From: Ostreococcus lucimarinus
Lineage: Eukaryota
Length of the DNA: 64,000 nt
Assembly: GCA_000092065.1 (NCBI GenBank)
Contig: CP000586.1
Strand: one strand, 5' to 3'
Numbering within the stretch: the first letter of the stretch is position 1; the number at the start of each line of letters is the position of its first letter. A program made the translations under genes and the position numbers. This document shows, piece after piece, positions 31,101 through 40,833 of the stretch. The notes below the pieces were generated by a model. That model was given only the letters and a program-made list of their open reading frames with translations, was not told the DNA's origin and made no database searches.

Positions 31101-32329
31101 TCCTGATCCGATTCATCCACTGGCACGTCATCCTGGCCCACGTAAGCTTCACTCTCATCGAGTTCGGACGCAGATTCGTCACTCGGCTGCTCATCGCTCT
31201 CGAAGTCTTCCAAGTCCTCGCCCGACTCCGAAATCGCCGCGCCCGCATTGTCTGAGAGATTCTTGACAGCTCGTCTCGTTCCAATCCTTCCACCCTTAGC
31301 TCGCTTGCGTAACTTTTTCCTGTGTGAAGGTTCCATTTCGGCTTTTTCTCGTTCGACTGGATCCCACTGAAACATCGGTGGAAAAACAGACGGCTGCCAA
31401 AAATCGGTGCTGTGCTCCTGGAGCCAGGGCGGAAGTTTTGTTTCGCTGAGTAAAATCCGCGACTTTGGTTTGCGCTCGATCTTAGACGCCGCAACACTGC
31501 GCAAAATATCAGTTGGATTGAAGCGAGACGCTGAGGACGTCGTCTCCCTGACATGATCGAATGTCGATTGTCCTCGCGTTGAACTTGAAAATGAAATCGT
31601 TTCGTCCGCGTCCTCGTCTTCACCCGGCATCTGAACCTTAAGTCGCGCCTTCGGATCGACGAACACTGTTTGCTTCTCGTATAGGATCAAGTAACGAAAT
31701 TCTCGCAGCAGAGTTCCAACCAGGCGAACCGCGTACTCGTTGTGTTCCCTCGACGTGTTGTTTCGCGCCGTCCGAAACACTCTCGGCGCAAACATCTCAG
31801 ACAACGTACATAACGGTTCATCTTCCTCTATGCTCGCCGTGCATCCACGAGTGACGACGAATCCAAACAGCGTCCGGTGTAAGAGCTCCGTTAACTCCGT
31901 CAAGACCTCCATTCGAGGCTTTGGCACCCGTTCAAGAAGAACTCTGAGAATGTACAGCCTCGACTCGTAGTGCTCCGTCTTGATCGCCTGCACGAACGCC
32001 TCGACGAGCTTCGAGGGCACTAACCCATCTGATAACGCGTCTAAATGTTTGAGCATGATTCGCAACACCAGCGCTGGCTTCGGTCGCCGTCCTCGCGTGT
32101 TCCCTACCGCGAGATACGTCTCCCCCTCGCTCACCGCCTTGTCGCTCAACGCGTCCGCCTCGCTCGCGCGCGTGAACAGCTCCGCCCCGAGCTCCATGCC
32201 GCGATGCTTCAACGATCCCACGCACGCTTTCACCATTCGCAATCGCTCGCCGTCTCGAACCAACGCCGATTCCCTCGCGTCTAACATCTTTTCCCGAGTC
32301 GGTTGGTTTCGGTTTCTCGCGCTCGCCAT
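28163..32329 (-). CDS. Formin (FH1 polyproline + FH2 domain)
   Basis: Long polyproline runs (PPPPPPPPPGFKSS repeated; APPAPPAPPAP). Downstream is FH2-like sequence (...LHWEKL...GTVWEN...LDQLFA...). Start taken at ATG 32329. The ORF is open to 32638 through an Arg-rich low-complexity leader. Confidence 0.8.
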   Translation of the reverse strand: MASARNRNQPTREKMLDARESALVRDGERLRMVKACVGSLKHRGMELGAELFTRASEADALSDKAVSEGETYLAVGNTRGRRPKPALVLRIMLKHLDALSDGLVPSKLVEAFVQAIKTEHYESRLYILRVLLERVPKPRMEVLTELTELLHRTLFGFVVTRGCTASIEEDEPLCTLSEMFAPRVFRTARNNTSREHNEYAVRLVGTLLREFRYLILYEKQTVFVDPKARLKVQMPGEDEDADETISFSSSTRGQSTFDHVRETTSSASRFNPTDILRSVAASKIERKPKSRILLSETKLPPWLQEHSTDFWQPSVFPPMFQWDPVEREKAEMEPSHRKKLRKRAKGGRIGTRRAVKNLSDNAGAAISESGEDLEDFESDEQPSDESASELDESEAYVGQDDVPVDESDQDEVPVIIRRKPAASRGERGAIRGRVHRRTASRADVPTVLASAVHVANDQIHDVIPLIHSTLKAGGKARSPASSSTLQKIRTRLAESTSAQLSHQALLGDKYRDDDDYVDDEYGQDDYLSENDDDAYFDEESEQEHAAFTPQEVVQVAHGDGFSGGDGFSGGDGFSGGDSPLVTVNLPIATPVAVPRVDLTPEQEAYLLALYNDGALREALNNLVQVTGKSDARDESTEGSVSVNEEIETLLKFATLVKTKKLNQIRGLEEVASRNNFTQELIKLMKDIEIADEVDPGTVLKADSKLAKALLGDVSPVSGFAAQMESLQEQASDAPPPPPPPPPSKLSETKAKLDLDHLGRGAKAVVLKALDAPPAPPAPPAPSSKTSPLVAPPPPPPPPPPPPPPPPKASGKVAPPPPPPPPPPGFKSSVSKATVPPAPPPPPAPPGFKRATGVAPPAPPPPPAPPGFKSSSVSAPAPPPPPPPPGFKSSVPAAPPVPPKMGIAAIANAHAWAQKARKKVKMLHWEKLQGGAIGGTVWENANKDELSLNLESLDQLFAIEEAKAKAKAAAKKQKSVTLIDQKRSLNISIQLAGLRMPFDRIKDALLAMDDEVLQSEQLEVISSTVPTSKEITLIMDYKGAKEELATVEQYFMHVMQIPRLEGRVNSLLYKSLASDALLKVTSEYRLLSEASDCLRESTLFVKVLRGVLVVGNHLNTGSYRGSASGFRLDMLLRLKDFKAVDRKTSLLHFVYKELVKTEPGIGNLSTDLAVVKKAAALSIETTSANLGKLQDGLTKVKDEILHAAGVLGEEVHKAFHAKMAPFAETMDEKLKEASELSLGAVESAKRVTEFYGEPYKPDNPTHILRVVSDFLTIFDNVRDSIKAEEAADALKLRLEKAREEQKVLKKKLSPKPKPVRVFDTVDAMHAELISKTKKASPIRSPTGKREPSPSDPTAVSPRARFLAQRGETEKTSPRKKLEDDFGEGDEEKN
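29926..29961. repeat. (GGA)n / (TCC)n repeat encoding the FH1 polyproline tract
   Basis: ggaggaggagga... about 12 units. Confidence 0.85.
30604..30659. repeat. Near-perfect 3 x 21-bp tandem repeat inside the formin CDS (encodes the GGDGFSGGDGFSGGDGFS repeat)
   Basis: ccagaaaaaccgtcaccg repeated three times. Confidence 0.85.
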
Positions 32330-32640
32330 CGCCGGTGATTCCGAGTCGTCGCGTATCGTCGCGCGATCACGTCCGCGACGACGCGCGTCGTCGTCGTCGT
32401 CGTGGTTGTCGCGCCATCGTCGTCGTCGTCGCGCGTCGTCGCGATTCGGTCGCGACGTCCGCGCGCGCGTCTCCCGTCTCCACCTCGCGCGGGCGCGGGT
32501 TCGAGTTGTTCGAGTTCCCCTAGCGATTTCAGCGATTTCGCCCGCGAACCCGCGAACCCGCGCGCACCCGCGAGGCGGACGCCGCGAGGGTCGTTGGCGC
32601 CCCGCCCGACAGGGCGCCGCGCGCGCGACCGAGCGCATCG

Positions 32641-35600
32641 ATGTTCTCGTCGTTCAGCATCACCGGTGCGGCGGCGGAGGTGTACGACGTCGAACTCGCG
32701 TACGAAGACGCGCGTCGCGGGCGACGCGACGGCGAAAAGGCGTCGACGACGACGACGACGACCGAGGTGACGTTCGACTCCAAGGAGGATCCCGAGGAGG
32801 TGATTGATAAACTCGTGAAACAGCGACGAGATCTGCCGTACGAGACGGGATACGAATGCGTCGTCATCCGAGCGCTTTGCTCGGCGTCGAAAGTCGCGAT
32901 ACAGCTCGGGGTGGAGAAGTATCAACCGAGACCGGTGGCGTTGAAGGTGACTTCGAATGGAAAGATGAACGCGGGACAGTCGCACTCGAGCTTGGCGTCG
33001 GTGCTCAAGCACTGTCAGCTCGGCTCGCTGCGGAAGCTGAGCGTGCAAGATGGATTGTTGTCCACGGTTTTGTCTTTACGAGATAAATGGACCTCGGTTC
33101 GAGAGTTGGACATTTCGAACAACGCGTTGGAAACGCTGCCGAAAGAGCTGTTCGCGCGTTTCCCGTACCTGGAGGTTCTTCGTTTGGACGGGAATAAACT
33201 CGCGACTTTGCCCAACTTGAACGCGTTCACGCTTCTCAAAGAGTTGCATGCGAACGGCAACGCGTTGTCAACGCTGCCAATCGACATGGTGGAAGATTTG
33301 GATTTGGAAGTTTTGTCCGTCGAGTTCAACCGCTTGAGCAAGCTGCACGTCAAGTTGAAGGATTTGTCCAAACTGCGCGTGTTGCGGTTACTTGAGAATC
33401 CCATAGAGACGCTGCCCCGGTTGAATAAGACCGCCAATCAAGAGTGCTTATCGCTCGCAAACGTGAATGTTTCGAGGAATGGAGCAACAGGCGGTGTCTC
33501 CGTACAGGTTCGCGAAACGAGCTCGTCTTACTTTTCCAGCATAGTAGGCGGCAAGACAACGTCCAAGGAAAAAGCGTACAACGCTTTCCTGAGCTTGATC
33601 TTTCGTAGCAGTGAATGTCAAAACGCATTACTCGTCGCCGCCGTCGCGGTGATCGCGTCGAAGAGCCGAGAAAACTGCGAAGCCATAGTGCTGACCGAAG
33701 GTGCGAGCGTTCGACCGCTTCTTCACTCTGGGGAAAATTTACATGTGAAACTGACCGTACGTCCGTCCGCACCACAGGAGCCGTGAATCATCTCATAAAT
33801 ATCGTCCATTCGTCGAATAAATCGCTGGTGTACGAGGCATCGCGCGCGTTGGCGCATATTTGCGGCGCACCGAACCTGGCGCGCGCGCTCAATGAAATGC
33901 ACGTCACGGAAGCAGTCGTTAATTTAATTCAGGTGAGTATCCGAATTAATTCCGATATGAATAATTTCGTTCGAATTTCGCGTTAAAAGTTCATATACTA
34001 ATTTACTGACTCTATACGTGCATAGGACTCGAGCGAACTGCGAAATAGATGTGGATTGATTATTTTGAACGGTCTCGTCGGTTCTTCACACGACGTATCC
34101 CGGGTAAGCGTGTTTCACATCGGTTGACGCAAGAATCTAACTGATCCTTTCGTAACGCAGGCATGTTATTCCGACAAATTAATCGGACGCTTGACAGAGT
34201 TCGTGGCGGTGCGTACTTGCGTAAATAATTGCATCGTGAAAGTCTGAATTAATTAAATAATTTCCCTCAGGCGATTGATGAGCATATGCGGCTATTAGCG
34301 CTGAGAACTTTGGGTACTTTCGCTTTCGACGAAACTAATAAACGTGCGATGCTCAAACTGCGCGATCTCCACTCGATTCTCGTCGTATTCGCGCTCCGCC
34401 CGGAATTAAAGGCGGCGAGCGTTGCGGTGAAGAAGGAATCGATCCGAGTATTGGCTATTTTGGGCGAGAACGAGCTCGTGCGCCAGGCCACTGGTGCGCC
34501 TCCCATCACTGGTCGTGGTATACGCATTCTTGCGCTAGATGGTGGTGGTATACGCGGTAGAGCGACGTTGAAGATGTTGAAAAGAATTGAGGTGAGGAAT
34601 TATTTCATTTATTTATTTAGAGCTTGAATTCACGAATTTTTTGTTTCGTCGCGATCAGGAAGGAACTGGTCGTCCGATTCACGAATCATTCGATTTGGTG
34701 TGCGGAACGTCTACTGGTGGCATATTGGTACGAAAACGCCCGTCTAGAGCGCACGAATTAATTATTTCGCCGTGAACAATTATTTTTTACTAACCAACAC
34801 ATTTTGCTCGTAGGCCACGGCGACGTCCATCAAAAAGCTCTCATTGGAGCACTGCGATAAGATTTATGTAAATCTTGGCAGCAAAATCTTCAGTCAAACA
34901 ACGCACAACGAAGAGACCTCTGGATCGAACTCTTGGCTCGGCAGTGTTGGTTCCATGTACACGAGTGGAAAGCAACAACTTCTCGCGACGACGCTCTATA
35001 GCAGCAAGCACAACACCTCGACCTTTGAAACCCTCGTTAGACAAGAGTGCAACCCTGAAGCAGAAGAGCCAACGTGGATAGACACCGCTGCGTCGGGCGG
35101 TCCGAAAGTTTTCTGCGTTTCTACCCAAACGAGTCAAAATCCGGCGCAGCCGTACTTGTTCAGAAATTACACGTATCCGGCTGGCAGTACGAGTGCGTAT
35201 TCCCAGGCAGGTAGTTGCGAATATCTATTGTGGCAGGGTGTCTGTGCATCCGCCGCTGCACCATACTACTTGTATGTTGACGCCTTTGCGATAGAAAACG
35301 AGCGCTGGGTTGATGGAGCCATGACTTGCAACAATCCGGCGATGATGGGTGTCCAGGAAGCTCGACGACTTTGGCCAGACAAGAAAATTGACTGTGTCGT
35401 GTCCCTCGGAAGTGGTAACTTCATCCCCCACGAGAGAGATCCACCCATTTCTCTCGTCGCTTTGGCCAAAGATGTCTTGTTTGACAGCGCTTGCGACACT
35501 GAACGCGTTCATGAAAGCTTGAGTACGCTTTTGCCACTCATACCCGGGGCGCAATATTTCAGGTTCAACCCGGTTGACGAGCGTTGCAAGATAGAAGTCG

Positions 35601-36583
35601 ATGAAACGGATGTTGGTGCACTCCAAGGCTTATTTGACGCTACTGAAGAGTACATTGTGGCAGAGAAGGAGATGTTCGACAAGGTATGCCATTTATTGAG
35701 AGACGTCGACGACACAGATGAGGTCACCGCCAAACTTCTCGACACGGAAATTAGCGGAACGCGCAGTGGTGTTCTAGTTTTGGAAGCGCCCCGTTACGAA
35801 GAGGAACTTTCTGAATGTACTTCTGCCTTGAAGAATTTTTGTGCTTTAAGATCGATATCGATACAGTGCGCAGATTACTCCGCCAATAGACCCATGAATC
35901 CGGGCGAAGCACTGAGCCATCTGAACACGGTGGCGGAGACGTCGACTGCAGCAGTGATTCATTTCAACTGCCACGCCGATTCTGACGGATTGATTCTCAC
36001 TTGGCAGAAAGATGTCACTGCTATTGCTGAGCCTAGCTCGGTCGCTGAACTATTTCTCAGTAGGTCTGGTAGCCCGTATGCGTCAGTCAGCGAACACTGT
36101 GAAGCTGAGGCCCACATTGAGGTGCATGGAATATTGCATACTTTCTCAGGCAAGCACGTGCAAGTGAACGATGTCGGCGAGCGCACGTCGTCATACTTGT
36201 TTAAGCGTACTGTCCCAATGGACTACCTGGACGGATCGACGAGTCGAGAGTTATTTGGTTTATGGCGTGGGAAGATCATCGTTTCTCAAAGTTCACTTCC
36301 ATCCTCACTCGTTGCGGCGTGGCTTGAAGCCGGGGCGAAATGTGTGGTCGCACCGTGCAAGGAAGGCGGCGTCGTTAACGTTGAAAGCGAACAGACAGAC
36401 TTTATGGCTGCATTCTATCACGCACTTTTTGTTGTGGGCGCGGATGCTACTGCGGCGATGAGCGCAGCTGCCATCGTGCAGCCGGCGTGCTCGTATTACC
36501 GTTGTCACGTTCTTGTTCAAGGTGGAATCGTGGCACTTCGTCCTGACGAAGAGTTTGACTATGATTTGGATGCGCACGTATAG
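32641..36583 (+). CDS. Patatin-like phospholipase A, PLA-I-type (LRR + armadillo + patatin). Seven-exon model: 32641..33700, 33778..33932, 34026..34103, 34161..34208, 34271..34591, 34659..34727, 34814..36583
   Basis: Exon1 carries LRRs (LDISNNALETLPKELF...LRLDGNKLATLPNL...LHANGNALSTLP). Middle exons are armadillo-like (AVNHLINIVHSSNKSLVYEASRALAHI...). The patatin signatures ILALDGGGIRG and DLVCGTSTGGIL are split across exons. The catalytic WVDGAMTCNNP lies in the last exon. All introns are GT..AG and phase-consistent. Confidence 0.75.
33933..34813 (+). other. Cluster of five short AT-rich introns (33933..34025, 34104..34160, 34209..34270, 34592..34658, 34728..34813) in a low-GC patch of the PLA-I gene
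   Basis: Each begins GTGAG/GTAAG/GTGCG/GTACG and ends YAG. Removal gives continuous ARM/patatin translation (DSSELRNRCGLIILNG...; ACYSDKLIGRLTEFVA; AIDEHMRLLALRTLG...KRIE; EGTGRPIHESFDLVCGTSTGGIL; ATSIKKLSLEHCDK...). Confidence 0.7.
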
Positions 36584-36616
36584 AAATACTAGACAATAGT
36601 TTTAAAAACTTATAGA

Positions 36617-39433
36617 CTATTCTACTTCGATGTCCCCCAAACTTTCAGCGTACTTTTTCAACTCCTTCTCATTGATGACTTCGACGGACTCGACCCAACC
36701 AACGTACTGAAGAATACTGTAAGTCAACACCTTACCGGCATCTTGGATGATCGCCCAGATGATGACGTAAAGCCAACAATATCCGGACAGCTGCCAGGAA
36801 ATTCCTACCATGCCGTTTCCGAAAGGCCAGTACACCGCTAAAAGAGTCGACGCTCCAGTGGCGATGATGAAGGCGCCGACCAAGATGACACTTGGAGCGC
36901 GCGACCAGAACCAGCCCTTGGTTCTCGAGTTAAATACTGAGAAGTAATCAGAAAGACTGATTTTCAAGTAAATAAGCGTCTGGATCTCTCCGTATGACAT
37001 CGCTGGGAGACCAAGTTGAGACCAAGTGCTCGTTGGATCAACCGATGATAACGCTGAGCTCAGCAGAAGTACGGATGATGCCAAGGCTGTCAAGCCTATA
37101 GCGGAAGATACGATGTACAGGATATTCAAATCCCATTTTTCTGGTTGCATGGAAGCGTGCACGTTATCGTACGCCACAGAAATAATGGTTCCATCGTTCA
37201 ATATCGTAATCGTAACAAGTGCGATGACCGGAATAGCAAAGTGCTGCGGCCAAGACTCATTGAACTGACTAGGATGATAGAATATACACGAGATGAAGAA
37301 AAAGAACAACAACTGCTCTGTACACGCCACCCGATAAATCACAAAGTTTTTCATTCTTTGGAAGATTTTGCGGCTCGTGACAATCGCCGTAACGATGGTG
37401 GACAGACCGGGTTCGGTGAGAACAATATCAGCCGCAGCTTGCGCCGCGCTCGTAGCACCTTGTACAGCAATTCCGACATCCGCCCGCTTTAACGCAGGCG
37501 CATCATTCACACCGTCTCCAGTCATGCCGACGAGCATCCCTTGCTGTCGCAAAGCTTCTACAATCAGATATTTGTGCTCTGGGAATACTTGTGCGAATCC
37601 GTCCGCCTTTCGACACAGTTCACCATAATCTCGTCCTAGCGTGGTCGCCTTCTCTAGTTCCTCCGCTTTCATGAGAGGAAGTTTTTCAGTGCCAAGCACG
37701 TTTGTGCCCATACCCAACGTTCTGCAAGTTTCAACCGCAATGGCGCGGTGATCACCGGTGATCATTTTCACACTGACACCAAATTCGTTGGCGCAGTCAA
37801 TGGTATGCTTTGTGTCCGGGCGAGGAGGATCCAAAAAGGTCAAAATACCCAAAAATTCGAACTCGTTGCTATTGTTCTTTGTTTTCGCCACCGCGAGCGA
37901 ACGAATACCGCGATGAGCTAACTCGAGAACGTGCTTCTCGACCTCTTGACCGATCGTGGACTTGTTTGCACTCAACTCTAAAACCACGTGCGGGGCACCT
38001 TTCGTCACCTTGAACACGTTACCGTTCTTCTCCTTGATCGTGCTTTCTGTGCGCTTGATGGCTGGATCAAACGGAGTGTGATCGGTCTGTTCGTAATCGT
38101 TCAATGCGCTGATGTTAACAGCGTTTAATACCAAAGTATCGAGGGCGTCCTTTGGCGGCTCCCACCATTTCGCCGCCAACGCCGCGAGTTTGAGGACTTC
38201 TTCACGCGAAACACCCGGAACAAAGATTGGTAAATCCTTCTGAAGAACCATCTTGTTCAGAGTGAGCGTTCCTGTCTTGTCTGAGCACAAGATTGTCATA
38301 CCCGCCAACTCTTCAACAGAAGAAAGCCGCGCTACGATGGCCTTCTCCGCCGCAAGTTCATGACAACCTAAAGCCAACGTCGTCGTACAAACCACTCGCA
38401 AAGCGATAGGAATAGATGCAACAAGAAGGACTACGTTGAACGCTAAGACCTCCCAGAAATCAACCCCGATAGAAAGTAAATAAATGAACACCAGAGTACA
38501 GATGAAGAAACCGACAGCGACCAAGATGTATGTAATCTCTCTGAGTACTTTTTCAAAGTGCCCGAGCTCATCGACTCCTTGAACTAAGTCCGCGGTTTTC
38601 CCAAAGAACGTCTGGCTACCCGTCGCTGTGACGGTAGCTTCGATTTCTCCGCGCGTCACGGTGGAACCCATTTTTGCTTCCGCACCTGGAAACATTGCGA
38701 CCGGCAACGATTCCCCCGTGAGCGCGGATTGATCCACTTGAATAGGTTTTCCATCTCTAATCGTGCAATCCGCCGGGATCGCACCCCCCGCGCCGAGGAC
38801 GACGATGTCCCCGGGTACTAACTTTGTGGCGTTGATGATGTACACGCGTCCTTCGCGTTTCACCGTCGCCTCCGGTTTCAGCGACTCTCTCAACGCCGCG
38901 ATGGCGTCACCGGCCTTCATTTCCTCTATAAACCCCACGAGCACGTTCAACAATTGCAGCACCACCAACACGATGACGTCCACGAGACCATCCATGGACT
39001 GATGAATGTACGTCTCGATGGATTCGATGAGGATGGCTGCCCAGATCATCATCGGCATCGGTTGTACGAACTCCAACGCGAGTTTCAACCACATGCTATC
39101 CTCCTTCACCTTGAGCTGATTAGGTCCGAATAACTCCAACCTACGCGCCGCCTCGTCCTCGTTCAAACCGCTCTCGCCGGTGTTGAGCAAACTCTCGCGC
39201 TCGACGCCCATGTAGAAGCGCGCGTCGTCCGTCGTCTCCGTCCCATACGCCGCGCTGTCCTCCTTTCCTCGCCCGAGAAGCGGTGTCGAGCGAAGATCAG
39301 CGTCTTCATCTTCGCCTCCGCCGCGCGACATCGTCGCGTCGTCGCCGATCGACGCGCGACGCCCTCGCCTTCGGCGCCCTAGAATGGGGTGTTGGCGCTC
39401 GCGTCGGGCGTCGTCGATGTTAGCTTTATTCAA
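36617..39433 (-). CDS. P3A-type plasma-membrane H+-ATPase
   Basis: TGESLPV, CSDKTGTLTLNKM, MITGD, GDGVNDAPALKRADVGIAV and TM topology typical of PMA/AHA proton pumps. Alternative start at ATG 39331. Confidence 0.85.
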   Translation of the reverse strand: MNKANIDDARRERQHPILGRRRRGRRASIGDDATMSRGGGEDEDADLRSTPLLGRGKEDSAAYGTETTDDARFYMGVERESLLNTGESGLNEDEAARRLELFGPNQLKVKEDSMWLKLALEFVQPMPMMIWAAILIESIETYIHQSMDGLVDVIVLVVLQLLNVLVGFIEEMKAGDAIAALRESLKPEATVKREGRVYIINATKLVPGDIVVLGAGGAIPADCTIRDGKPIQVDQSALTGESLPVAMFPGAEAKMGSTVTRGEIEATVTATGSQTFFGKTADLVQGVDELGHFEKVLREITYILVAVGFFICTLVFIYLLSIGVDFWEVLAFNVVLLVASIPIALRVVCTTTLALGCHELAAEKAIVARLSSVEELAGMTILCSDKTGTLTLNKMVLQKDLPIFVPGVSREEVLKLAALAAKWWEPPKDALDTLVLNAVNISALNDYEQTDHTPFDPAIKRTESTIKEKNGNVFKVTKGAPHVVLELSANKSTIGQEVEKHVLELAHRGIRSLAVAKTKNNSNEFEFLGILTFLDPPRPDTKHTIDCANEFGVSVKMITGDHRAIAVETCRTLGMGTNVLGTEKLPLMKAEELEKATTLGRDYGELCRKADGFAQVFPEHKYLIVEALRQQGMLVGMTGDGVNDAPALKRADVGIAVQGATSAAQAAADIVLTEPGLSTIVTAIVTSRKIFQRMKNFVIYRVACTEQLLFFFFISCIFYHPSQFNESWPQHFAIPVIALVTITILNDGTIISVAYDNVHASMQPEKWDLNILYIVSSAIGLTALASSVLLLSSALSSVDPTSTWSQLGLPAMSYGEIQTLIYLKISLSDYFSVFNSRTKGWFWSRAPSVILVGAFIIATGASTLLAVYWPFGNGMVGISWQLSGYCWLYVIIWAIIQDAGKVLTYSILQYVGWVESVEVINEKELKKYAESLGDIEVE

Positions 39434-39570
39434 CTTTATTAGTCATCGCAACGCGTCGAATACGCGTTTATCGATTTATCGCGCGCGGCGACGGTGCGTC
39501 TTTCAACACTAAAGGCGAGCGAGCGGCGCGCGGCGAGCCGCAGACGCGCGCGCGCGACGTCGAGCGCGGC

Positions 39571-40659
39571 ATGAGCGCGGACGTCGAGCGCATCGGATTG
39601 GTGCGCGGCGAACGGGTGCGGCGAACGGACGCGGAAAACCACGGATGGCGCGCGACCAAGCTCGCGTTGGGCGCGATCGCCGTCCTCGCGGCGGTGTGCG
39701 TCGGCGTTGGAGGACGCCGTGGACGCGCGATCGGGGCCGCGTTCGGGGGACTGGCGCGCTTGGGAGTGGGGGCGGATAGCGCGGATAGCGCGGAAAGCTG
39801 GACGCACGAGGACTGGCGCGTGGTGAGCTTCGTGGACGCAGAGTACGAGGACATTGGCAAGCGCTGGTATCACCGGTTGTCAAACTTGGGGTACAAAACG
39901 CATTATCTCGTGGCTTTGGACGATGAGGTGTACGACAAACTAGAAAAGGCAAAGCTCAGGGTGTTGCGCGCGCCCGGCTTTACGTTAGAAAAGGGAGGGG
40001 ATCTGTCTGACTTTTGGCGGTTCCGGTTGACGTACTTGGCGGATGAAATCAAACGCGGGCACAACGTGCTGTTGTCGGATGTGGATGTCATATTCGCGCA
40101 TCACTACGATCCTGTCGTGATTTTCAACAAAGCTGGAGACGAGGAAGTAGATATTTATCACTCACTTGGCGCTGGTTGGCCGCATTCGGCAAAGAAGCAG
40201 TGGGGATTCTCCATCTGCATGGGCTTTTCAGCCTTCAGAGCGACTCGCGCAACTGAGCAAATTCTGGAAGCCGCGGTGAAGGTCTGCGACCACGAAGCAC
40301 ACTGTGACGACCAGGTGGTGATGAATGAACTGTACATGAAATATCTCCAAATGTCTTGGACGACGAATTTAGCGCACGGCGAGCGTAAGGGCATATCTCG
40401 CAATACGATGATTCCGCTCGTCGTTAAGACGTTGTCGAATCTCGTCCCTAGAATTGATCTTAAGGATATGACTCCTATCAAGCCGTCGTCCAAGAATGTG
40501 CAGTGCTTCGGGCACACCCATCATGTCGATGGTGGTCACTGGGCCGTGGCGCCGATCATCGAAAAAGACGGTAGAGCCAAGGTTGACGTGTGGGACCAGT
40601 TGCACGACGAATGTTTCCCGGCAACGATTAGCGCTCTAGGCGCGCAGTGGACGCATTGA
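39571..40659 (+). CDS. Type-II membrane glycosyltransferase, nucleotide-diphospho-sugar transferase (GT77-like) family
   Basis: N-terminal signal anchor LALGAIAVLAAVCVGVG. Then YLVALDDEVYDKL...LTYLADEIKRGHNVLLSDVDVIF with a DxD-type motif. Confidence 0.45.
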   Translation: MSADVERIGLVRGERVRRTDAENHGWRATKLALGAIAVLAAVCVGVGGRRGRAIGAAFGGLARLGVGADSADSAESWTHEDWRVVSFVDAEYEDIGKRWYHRLSNLGYKTHYLVALDDEVYDKLEKAKLRVLRAPGFTLEKGGDLSDFWRFRLTYLADEIKRGHNVLLSDVDVIFAHHYDPVVIFNKAGDEEVDIYHSLGAGWPHSAKKQWGFSICMGFSAFRATRATEQILEAAVKVCDHEAHCDDQVVMNELYMKYLQMSWTTNLAHGERKGISRNTMIPLVVKTLSNLVPRIDLKDMTPIKPSSKNVQCFGHTHHVDGGHWAVAPIIEKDGRAKVDVWDQLHDECFPATISALGAQWTH

Positions 40660-40833
40660 TGATGCGTATAGTAATTGAATCGTCATTGGCTGTAATCAAG
40701 TAAGTAGACATCGCATACTTTGAAACAATGCGCGCGCGAACGCCGTGGTCGATTTCGTACGTCGCGTGAAAGACAGCTCAGGGCAGAAGACGTCACTCGA
40801 CGACGGATCTCGCGCGCGTAAATTGACAGTCGC

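Noticed and set aside
33757-33777. 21-nt GTACGT...CAG candidate intron at the LRR/ARM junction
   Set aside because: Too short for a spliceosomal intron in this lineage, and its length (0 mod 3) cannot repair the frame. The 77-nt alternative (33701..33777) does.
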